A DNA stretch of 56,309 nucleotides from Stramenopiles sp. TOSAG23-2 (lineage: Eukaryota), in assembly GCA_900128395.1 (NCBI GenBank), contig LT649258.1, positions 1 through 56,309 of the forward strand, in the 5' to 3' direction. This document shows positions 33,401-43,325 of this stretch, piece by piece. Each line of letters starts with the position of its first letter. The first letter of the stretch is position 1. The notes under the pieces are model-generated. The model was given only the letters and a program-made list of their open reading frames with translations, was not told the DNA's origin and searched no databases. Made by a program: the position numbers and the translations under genes.

Positions 33401-36387
33401 TCAATTCTTAGCACGTCTTCTTGCTTGTTGTCGTCTACGTATAAATTTTGTTGCTTCTAATATTACATCTTGTGCACCCGTTGATGGTGGTGTATCACTT
33501 TCACCACCACTATTATAATGATTATTATTATTATCATCCTCATCTTCATGACGACGATTACTATTATTATTATTATTATTCTTTTTAAAATTATTACTAT
33601 TATGTTGTGGATGATTATTTGTATTCACATTTTGTGGTAACAATGGTGGTCGTTTATGTACTTTTTGTTGTTGTATTTTTTTATTTTTTTTATTTTTCTT
33701 TATATTTTGATGATTTCCTCCTCTTCCACCTTCTTGGCGATGACGATGTTGTTGTTGTTGTTGAGGATGATCACGATTACTGCGTCCTTTACGAGAAGAT
33801 GATGATCTACTACTACTATTATGATCATTATTCATCACACGTTCAACCATTAAACGTTCTTTTTCCATCATACGATCTACTTCATCAATATCTGCATCTA
33901 ATTCAATTTCTTCACGTGTTTTATACATTGAATTATCATTATTATTATTATTATTTGCAGTATGATAATGTTGTTCATGACGATCACGTTGATCTTCACG
34001 TGAATGATGATGTTGTTCTTTACCATTATTACGATTGCTACGTCTTCGATTTCCATGGTCGTGACTATTATTATTATTGTTCTCATTCTCATTATTATTA
34101 TTATTATAAAAATGTTGTTGTTGAAATTTCATAAAATCTTCTCTTGATTTATCTTTATCTTTCATTAATTTCTTAATTTCATCTTGTAATTTAATAATTT
34201 CATTATTTTTCTCATCTACTTCTTTATTTGCTTGTTCATGCCCAGAACGTAATACACTCATTTCTTGAATTAATTTACGTGAAAACGATTTCTTTGCTTG
34301 TACCAATGCACGTTCCCCCCATTGCCTTGCTTCCTTTGCTGCACCTTCTGCATTATGTAATTGTGTCTGTGTTTGCATTAATTGATCTTTTAATACTTGA
34401 TTTTTTTGATTGGATTGTGATAATCTCATGACCGTTTTATGTTTTGCATTTAATGCTTCTGTTAAACGTGATGTAGCAACTTCAGCTTTTGCAACTAATG
34501 CAGCAACTTCTTCCCTACGTTCTTGTCGTTCCTCTTGTAATTTACGTTGCATCGCTTTGCTTTGTCTTGACATATCCCGATAATTTTCATTTTGTTCTTT
34601 AAAATTAGCTTTTTCATGTCGTAATTCACTTTCTAATTGTTTCACACGTGATTTCGTTTGTTTCAATATTTTTAATGCATCCTTTAATTCTTTTTGAATT
34701 TTAACAACATCTTCCTGTAATTGTTTTTTCACTAATTGTAACTCTTGTATTGAACTTGTTTTTTCAAAATTTTCTTGTATGATTTTATCTTTTTCACCTT
34801 CAAATTTAATTTTACTTTCATTTAATAAATTAATTTGTTTCTTTAATTCATCTTTTTCACGCCTTAATGTATTTGTTGATTGATCGTAACGTTTTATCGT
34901 ACGTGTTTTTTCATTAATTTCTTTTCTATATGATGCCATTTCCTCATTTGCAATTTTCATTTTAGATGTTAATGTTTCATTTTGTTTCTCCACACGTGCA
35001 CGTTCATATCTAGCATTACGTAATAAATCACTAACAACTTCCTTTGCTTTATTTGCTTCATTCACACGTTTACGCATGAAACTTTTCAATGTTTCTACTT
35101 CTTTTGTAGTAGATGCATTTATTGATGTTAACTCTTCATTTTTTTCATGTAATTCTTGATTAGTTTCATTTAAATTTGTTATTTTAATATTTTGCGATTC
35201 AATTTCTTGTTTTAAACGTTTTGTTGTTTCATATGCAGCTTTAATTGCATTTGAATCTGTTAATTTTTGTTGTCTACCAACGGTTTGCGATGTGAAATGT
35301 TTTACCCCTATAATTATTATTATTGTTAGTCTTATATTTGATTTTGTTGTGATGAAAATGTTATGGTTTTTATATTATGTAACTTACGACTTTTTAATAC
35401 ATTCATTTCTTTTAATAATTTTTCATTTTCTTCTTCATATTTTAAACATTTTTTATTTGCAATAATTTCTAAATCTGTTTTAATTTGTTCTGTACGCGAT
35501 GCAGTTTGATCCTTTGTTTCTTTCACTAATTGTATTGCATTGTTTGTTTTCTTTTTTTGCTCCTCTAAACGTTGTTTTAATAATTCAAATTTATCCGTCC
35601 ATGCATTTGACTGTGAATTATATTTTTTTTTCCATTTTTCAATAGTATTATTTGAATGAAATTTATTATTTTCCAATAATATTCTTAATTCATCTAATTG
35701 TTTTTCATACGATTCTTTATTTGTTTTAATTTGCGCTTCTAAATGCGTAATATGATTTAATAAATCGGAATTGGTTTTTGTACTTGTTTCCAACTGCATA
35801 TTAGCTTCATCTCTACTTTCTTTTGCTTGTATTAATGCTTCTTTCATTGTTGCTAATATTTCCAATGCTTCTTTACGTTCACGTTTTGCTTGTTCTAACA
35901 TTGTAAACCATTCTTTTAAATTATCTTTAGGTAATTCTGGCATACCTTTTGGTAATACATATGGCTTTGGTATGTGATTTGCTGTTGCAGCTGGTTTTTT
36001 CGATAATACTGCATGTACATCGATGAAGGATGAGGTTGTTTCTGGTGTTGTTTCATCTTCATCACGTTGTTTTAACTTTGTTTTTTCTTCTGATTTTTTT
36101 GCAATACGTACAAATGGTGATACAGATGTTAAACTAAATATTTTACGTTTATCGATTGGTGATGGTAATGTTAATGGGTTCACCTGGTTATTGTTGTTGT
36201 TTTCATTGTCATCGTTTTCTGGTTGTTGTTGTTGTTGTTGCTGACTGTTGTTGTTCTTGTTGTTAATATCAATATTCATATTCACTTCTACTTGTTTTAA
36301 TGTCGTTAACGGGTTTGAATAATAATCATTTCCTGTTTGTCGTTGTTGTTGCTGATTGTTGTTGTTGTTCTTCATATTCATATTCAC
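33401..36387 (-). CDS. Long coiled-coil protein, 2 exons (intron 35308-35387); 5' end uncertain
   Basis: An 80-nt intron GTAAGT..GACTAAC..TAG joins ORF 35332-36387 in frame to ORF 33401-35089. A duplicated segment (36274/36377) obscures the start. Confidence 0.8.
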
Positions 36388-36957
36388 TTCTACTTGTTTT
36401 AATGTCGTTAATGGGTTTGAATAATATGTATTTTTTCTTTTCCAGCTTTTCCTTTTCCCTTTCCCTTCCTCCCCCCCTATTATATTTTTTATTATCGATA
36501 GCTTTTCAAAGGGTTTTTTATTTTTTTATGTTTGTTTTTTTAACCGTCAATAACGTTTCGATTTCAAGAATTGGATATAGAGTTAGCAGGTGGATAGTAT
36601 TGTAGAGTATATAGCAGGTACACAGCATATGGGGATTAGTAAAACCATTTACAACACACATCCTAATATAAAAATTAGCGGCCCAGACATATGGGTTGTA
36701 CTTCTTCCTAATATCCCTCCTTGGTTCAGCAAGTGTGCCATCAAGATTAATTACCCTTCCGATCAAGTTCCCCATTAAATGTAACCTACAATGATTTAAC
36801 AACATGTCCAAGGGTTTAACTTTTTTACCAAGGTGGATAATAAATTGTACCATAAATTGTATCTCATGGCACAACTCATTATATGTGCATCTTACCGTAA
36901 CTTGTCGAAAGATTACATACAAAAATAACTGAGAGACAATATTATCTATCGGTCACA

Positions 36958-37350
36958 CTATAGTGATGTTGGGATTCTCGTACATAAAAGAGAATCATAA
37001 TGATTAAATACGGTTTCATTGATACCTTCTCCAATATGATCCAATATGATGTCAATGATTCTTACATCCCCATTGTAATGCATTATTGCCATATGAAGTG
37101 CATTGTTTTTTGAATTCATTTCACCTGTCAAGCATAGTATCGTTGCCTCCATTCTGAAGTAAAAAGTAAACCATTTCATAATTTCCGTGTTGAACGCATG
37201 ATAACAATGCAGTATAGCCAGAAAAACCTCGACCGTTTCTACCGTACAAGTCAATATCAAAGTCATTCCCCATCATGAATATACAAACATGATCCATATT
37301 TCCCATTTCTGCTGCCTTGATGAACAGTGTTGGAATTGAATTAATATCGG
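36958..37350 (-). pseudogene. Ankyrin-repeat fragment, family 2 (frameshifted)
   Basis: AAEMGNMDHV..GYTALLSCVQHGNYEMVYFLLQNGGN, then a frameshift to NNALHMAIMHYNGDVRIIDIILDH. Confidence 0.6.
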
Positions 37351-37489
37351 AATGCAATGCCCCAGAATGAAGATCATATGAGAAAGGTATGGAAAAAATC
37401 AGGATTTGTACACTTGTGTTGCCCACTTGGATTATCAAGTGTGGCACCATCACATAAAAGTTATGGAACTTGTTCATTTGAATATCGTT

Positions 37490-37821
37490 TGCAATTAAAA
37501 GTGAAAATTGGTGCAGATGCAGATGATCCAACATTTGATACTGCACTGTTAAGTTGTGTTCAACACAGAAATTATGATATGGTTGAATTTTTATTGCAAA
37601 ATGGAGCAAACCCGATACTACGCTTAACAGGTGAAATGATTTTAAAAAACAATGCGCTTCATATGGCCATAATGCATTATGATGGGGATGTAAGAATCAT
37701 TGACATGATATTGGATCATATTGGCAGAGAAGGTATCAATAAAACCATATCCAATCGTTATGGTAAACAAGCTATGCATTGGCTTACACACATTTGTCAT
37801 GAAGTTATAGTAGCGTTATAG
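37490..37821 (+). pseudogene. Ankyrin-repeat fragment, family 2 (paralogue, 5' partial)
   Basis: GADADDPTFDTALLSCVQHRNYDMVEFLLQNGANP..NNALHMAIMHYDGDVRIIDMILDH..NRYGKQAMHW; an inverted paralogue of the adjacent minus-strand fragment. Confidence 0.6.
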
Positions 37822-38065
37822 CATTAAAATAGTGTTCTTTGCAGGGTTATGATAAGTATAATTAGCAGGTACATAGGCCTAAAATAGAAGAAATTTGACG
37901 GAAAATTGACACACATTTCTGATAATAAATACACATATATATCAAATATATATACGGATTTGATCGATGGAAAGATGGAAATGTGAATGTATATATTGTA
38001 TATTGAATATATATTGTTGGTGAATCATATTTGTGTGTGGAAAGACGGCTTGGGAAAGACGACGT

Positions 38066-38128
38066 TCTCTCTGCCTCTGCCTCTGCCTCTGCCTCTCGCT
38101 CTCTCTCTCCGTGTGTGTGTGTGTGTAT
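38066..38128. repeat. Compound microsatellite (CTCTGC)n(CT)n(GT)n
   Basis: Seen directly. Confidence 0.9.
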
Positions 38129-38383
38129 AGGGTGACTCGTAGTTGTGTTTTTGTGTGATTCTCTGTCTATATTTGTATCCACGTGTTTGTGTGTGTGTGT
38201 ATTGTTTTAGTGAGTGGATCATATTGTATACGGAAAGATTAAACGATTCTATCGATCTATTTATCTCTCTTTTTGCGTGTTTAATTGAATAATTGTGTGA
38301 AGATTTGCTCTGCGTGTATTGCGTATATTGTGTGTAAGTGAACATTTCCTGTGCGTGTACATATTGTGAACATTTGCCCCAAC

Positions 38384-39196
38384 ATGTCCGACAATGAAAC
38401 AAAAGATGATAATAATAATAATAATACAGAAATAGAAATGTCATCATACATATTATGTTATAATGAATTAAATGATAAAGGTAAGACCTGGGATGAACAT
38501 TGGGTAGTAAATGAAAACCATATAGATGCAGTTGCTATGGAAGATATTGTTGAACAAGTGGAGGAAAAGTATGAATGGGAAGGTATAAACGATTCCAATA
38601 CTAATAATAACGATAATATTATTAATAAAGATATACAAATACAATATGAAACTGGCTGTACATATTATGCACAACATATTAAAGGATGTTTTTTAGTCAT
38701 ACATAATTTTGAGGATTATTTAGATGAAGATATATTTGAGGATTATTTAAAAACAGATGATAAGAAAGTAAAAGAGGACGAACAATCAAAACATGCATCC
38801 ATTTTTTTAGAAACTGGGCAGTACGTCATAGAAAAAGATGATTTAATCTTTTATACAAAAGGTATTTTCTTTTGTATTTTAGCATTATTTGTTTCGATTA
38901 TCATAATGGGTTTACTAGAAGTATTTGTTATGTTTTTCGATGATAGTATAACAGTAAAAACTGACATTCATCGTTACGATGCCAACAATCAAACGTATTT
39001 AAGAAGCAGTAATATTACAACGACAACGGATATACATTCATCATTAACAACAAGTACATCATCACCAGCATCATTAATAGCAACAACAACAAGTCCACCA
39101 CCACCAATAAATCCTCCTCCAACAACAATGACGACGACGACGTTTATGCATGATAATATTACAAACAACACATCAAATACGAGCTGGAGTCTATAA
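38384..39196 (+). CDS. Hypothetical single-pass membrane protein with T/P-rich C-terminus
   Basis: ATG at 38384 (MSDNETK), acidic N-terminal part, TM GIFFCILALFVSIIIMGLLEVFVMFF, T/P-rich tail. Confidence 0.6.
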   Translation: MSDNETKDDNNNNNTEIEMSSYILCYNELNDKGKTWDEHWVVNENHIDAVAMEDIVEQVEEKYEWEGINDSNTNNNDNIINKDIQIQYETGCTYYAQHIKGCFLVIHNFEDYLDEDIFEDYLKTDDKKVKEDEQSKHASIFLETGQYVIEKDDLIFYTKGIFFCILALFVSIIIMGLLEVFVMFFDDSITVKTDIHRYDANNQTYLRSSNITTTTDIHSSLTTSTSSPASLIATTTSPPPPINPPPTTMTTTTFMHDNITNNTSNTSWSL

Positions 39197-39883
39197 CAAA
39201 TGGGCAAATGATCAATAGGGAACCAACAAGTCAAATGTCTGTAACATGTATATCATGCATGTTGTATATTATGCGGAATGCACCATGCATGTTGTATATT
39301 ATATACGGAATGCGCAAGTGATTAATAACAACAACAAGCCAAATAACATCACCATCATCAATAATCATTATAAATACAAACACACAGTATACATTAATTA
39401 AATAAGAGCTGGAGTTTGCCTGTATAACATTAATGTATATGATGTATATATTATATATAGCGCATGCATAAATGCACAAAATTCACGCGAATCATTTGTT
39501 TTCTTTACATATAACAAATGGAAAAATCTCTTTCGTTCTTTATAAAATTTTAAGTGTGTGTCCATTTAAAATATTTTTTTATGTAAATTTTTTTTCTATG
39601 ACATAGACGTATTTTTTTTATCACATCAAAAATGATTTATTTTGAACTAAAAATTCTATTAATAACCTCTACAAGCATGGTGTGATAAAAGAGTGAGATA
39701 TAGATATAAATATAATACATCGTATAGGTTGAGGAAAAACTATCACTTCAGAATAACACCGTCTTATATTATAGTAGATATCAAATATATATATATACAC
39801 GTGCACACGACGTATACTAAAAAAATAATAAAAACAAATATTGAAATTATAAATTTAAATATTGTATATAATATTATAATATA

Positions 39884-40966
39884 ATGAATCCTGTTACTGA
39901 ATTCACAGTGAATGGCATTCTATCCTCTGGCCTTGATGATGGGTCAAAGAGACATGCATTGGAACGACTAAAGGCAATGGTAAACGTTGCACTCTCAAAT
40001 CTACACACAGAAACTCCAAAATCAAATTATGATTTCTCAACATTACCTGGTATTGATGATATTTGTGTGAAAACAATCATACCATATCTTGGTAACGATG
40101 GTCAAGCGTTAATGAATATGTTTGGAAAAACAACAAAACGATTTTTAACTGTACCGACGATACGTGATGCATATAATAGTAATATTTTGAATTGTTATAG
40201 GAATGTTTTGAATCGTTTAAACAATCGTTATAAAACTGAATTTCCAGAAGGTACGCCAATAGTATGTGCATGTCAAAAAGGACGTTTGGAGGATGTGAAA
40301 TTATTGATTACAGGGTATAATGATGTGAATGGTAGTAATGGTAATAATAATATTATGACATTGAAAGATATGGTGAGTCAATTCGGTAAAGGTATTAATG
40401 GTTATGATCGTACACCTTTAATGGCAGCTGCATTTAAAGAACATTTCCAAATAGTTAAATATTTAATTGAACAAGGTGAAGCTGATCCTAATATTGGACA
40501 AGTAGTTGCATGTGAGAAAGGACGTTTTGAGGATGTGAAATTATTGATTACAGGGTATAATGATGTGAATGGTAGTAATGGTAATAATAATATTATGACA
40601 TTGAAAGATATGGTGAGTCAATTCGGTAAAGGTATTAATGGTTATGATCGTACACCTTTAATGGCAGCTGCATTTAAAGAACATTTCCAAATAGTTAAAT
40701 ATTTAATTGAACAAGGTGAAGCTGATCCTAATATTGGACGTAGTGGTGGATATAATGCATTACATTATGCAGCATATTATAACAAAAAGGATACGAAGTT
40801 GATTGAGTTCTTATTAACTAATATGTCTCTTACTAGCATTAATAAGAAGGCCATGTTCGGGGACACTCCCCTGGACTTTGCATATGATCATAATGATAGT
40901 CCAATTAAACAAAAGATCATTGATCTTATACGTTCAAAAGGTGGAAAACGTCAAGGAGAGTTATGA
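39884..40966 (+). CDS. F-box-like + ankyrin-repeat protein, family 1 locus B
   Basis: DFSTLPGIDDICVKTIIPYLG..LMNMFGKTTKRF (F-box-like), then the same EFPEGTPIVCAC..EQGEADPNI..NALHYAA..TPLD modules as locus A. Internal 240-nt duplication at ~40261/40501. Confidence 0.8.
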   Translation: MNPVTEFTVNGILSSGLDDGSKRHALERLKAMVNVALSNLHTETPKSNYDFSTLPGIDDICVKTIIPYLGNDGQALMNMFGKTTKRFLTVPTIRDAYNSNILNCYRNVLNRLNNRYKTEFPEGTPIVCACQKGRLEDVKLLITGYNDVNGSNGNNNIMTLKDMVSQFGKGINGYDRTPLMAAAFKEHFQIVKYLIEQGEADPNIGQVVACEKGRFEDVKLLITGYNDVNGSNGNNNIMTLKDMVSQFGKGINGYDRTPLMAAAFKEHFQIVKYLIEQGEADPNIGRSGGYNALHYAAYYNKKDTKLIEFLLTNMSLTSINKKAMFGDTPLDFAYDHNDSPIKQKIIDLIRSKGGKRQGEL

Positions 40967-41060
40967 TGCAAATGGTAGACATTTAGGAAAAGGTAATGGT
41001 GATTTGAATGATTTACACAATGTTATCAAATCGTAATAGTGTGAATTATATGATGAAATA

Positions 41061-41470
41061 AACATTTCCAAATAGTTAAATATTTAATTGAACAAGGTGA
41101 AGCTGATCCTAATATTGGACGTAGTGGTGGATGGAATGCATTACATTGGGCAGCACGTTATAACAGAACGAATACTGAGTTGATTGAATTGTTATTAACT
41201 CATATGACTCTTGATAGCATTAATAAGAAGGACGGGTTGAGATTCACTCCCCTGGACTGTGCATATGATTATAATCATAGTCCGCTTCGCCAAGAGATCA
41301 TTGCACTTTTACGTTCAAAAGGTGGAAAAGCAAATTGTCATGATGCAAATGGTAGAAATGTAGGACCAGGTAATGGTGATTCAGTATTTGATAGATTGTA
41401 TGATACAAGATCATACACGGGTGTATATGCAGAACGTTTCAAAGGAGCGGATGGAAGGATCAATTTATAA
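41061..41470 (+). pseudogene. Orphan C-terminal ankyrin cassette of family 1 ending in a p25alpha-like motif
   Basis: Starts abruptly at HFQIVKYLIEQGEADPNIGRSGG (71 nt identical to 40680-40750), has no ATG, and ends SVFDRLYDTRSYTGVYAERFKGADGRINL. Confidence 0.7.
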
Positions 41471-41677
41471 ATGATGTTATGAGGAGGAAGTCAGTTTAAA
41501 ATCTACCGAAAGAGTAAAAATCTTTACGCGTACGTAGAATAAAAATTAATAAAAATTTTGTGACAAAATTTCTTTTGTGGTTTGTATTATATATATATAT
41601 CAATAACATTATAAAATTGTTTTTTGACTCCTTTCACAACCTTTCACCTCTCCACCCTTTTTATTATTAAATATTTT

Positions 41678-42187
41678 TTAATTTCCGAGTTGTTTAGCAT
41701 TTTGCTCCGCTTGTGCTTTAACTTTTTGTTGATAGACTTGCATCAATTGTTTAGCTTGTTGTTGTTTTTGTCGAATTAAAATTTCCAATTCTTGACTACG
41801 TGCTTTTAAAAATTTTAATTTACGATCGAAAAATTGACCAGCATCCGTTGCATTTTTCTCCGTATAATATCCTGTGCCTATTGCTAATAATAATTTATCA
41901 TTACTAGTTGTTTTTGCTGGTACATACATAGATTGTGTTAATGGTATTAATGTTTCCGTACCAACAACTGTTTGTTTTAAATCTGAAATAGCTTTTTGTG
42001 ACCTGACAAAACGACCCATAGCAAGTTTCAACTGCTCATAATTCTTTATTAAATTGGTTTGCTCTTGATCTAGTGTTTTTTTAATTCGCCCAAGTTCCGC
42101 GATTGGTAAGGATTCGATGGGTATACCACCATCTCCTTGCGCTTGTTGTTGCTGCTGTTGTTGTTGTTGTGCGGCTACTGCTGACAT
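41678..42187 (-). CDS. PFDN5: Prefoldin subunit 5 (alpha type)
   Basis: ETLIPLTQSMYVPA..LLLAIGTGYYTEK..FFDRKLKFL is the prefoldin-alpha hairpin signature. Confidence 0.93.
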   Translation of the reverse strand: MSAVAAQQQQQQQQQAQGDGGIPIESLPIAELGRIKKTLDQEQTNLIKNYEQLKLAMGRFVRSQKAISDLKQTVVGTETLIPLTQSMYVPAKTTSNDKLLLAIGTGYYTEKNATDAGQFFDRKLKFLKARSQELEILIRQKQQQAKQLMQVYQQKVKAQAEQNAKQLGN

Positions 42188-43325
42188 GTTAATTTATATA
42201 TATATTTCGAAATTATTGTTATAAACTCTTTTTTAATACGTAATGATGTTAATTTATTATTTTGTTGAATATATTATTTTTTTTTTACCACAACAATTTT
42301 CTGATGTTAATTTCAAAACAATGTTGTATTATCTATATATATATATATTTCAATATGAATAGAAGAAAAAGTTGATGTAACAAACTACGATTATGTATAT
42401 TTATCTTTTCATACATGTACATCCGAATGTTTTGTACATCTGTAAATATATATTTTTAAAATATTTACGTAAGGTATATATAATAATAATGCTACAAGTG
42501 TTGTGGGGAAGTTAGTTCTACATTATCCTTAATTGGAAACGAGTAGAAATACCATTCATTCAAAATTAAAAAACTTTTCAAATTAAAATGAATAATAATT
42601 CAATAATAACACCATCTATAATGTAATTGGAATTATTGCTCACAAGGCCTAATATCCCTATCAGATTTTGTATACTTTTTTCTGACTTATAAGCAAGAGA
42701 TTCTGGAAAAGTTTGATGGGATCGTTGTTTGCAAAATCATGTTGGAATTTTAATCGAATTTTAATCCATTTATAGTAAGGTAGTGTTAAACCTTATTTGT
42801 ATCTTAATACTGTTTGCATTATTTCAATCAATTATCGGATATTTTAATCTATATGAATAATATAATTGTAATAAATGAAATAAGTTCTTTGAATTACCAT
42901 ATACACAGTATTGAAATACTAAATCCCGAAAAATTCTGTCGAAAAGAGGAATTGTTCATCTTTTGCTGGAATTTGATTCTAAAAAGGGGGGATAGAAAAA
43001 TACAAATCGATAAATAATTTATAATATTATTTTTTGATGAATATTGTAACGGGAGATGTTTTATCTAAGTACAACATATGTATCCATTTAACATATACAT
43101 ATCTTCTAATTCCTTAGTATACTAAAACACATAACTATCAAAATCTGCATATTTTATTATATAAAAAAAATAAATTAATAATTATAAAAAATAAACTAGA
43201 GTAATTATAAATGTATCATCCACGGGGAAACATTGATGTTTTGTATGCAAAAGTTAAAACAAGTTAATATATATATTGATAAAATAGGATAATTTGTCTA
43301 GAGAGAAAGATAAAAAACGCCAAAT

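Noticed and set aside
40751..41329. DGR-style template/variable repeat pair
   Set aside because: Differences are not restricted to adenines (e.g. ttc/ttg, gcc/gac, ttt/tgt) and there is no reverse transcriptase in the window.
590..42187. Cytoskeletal gene cluster (CEP72, TTL-like, KATNB1, PFDN5, p25alpha motif)
   Set aside because: Such genes are common in flagellates and the window has several probable contig joins, so adjacency is not evidence.
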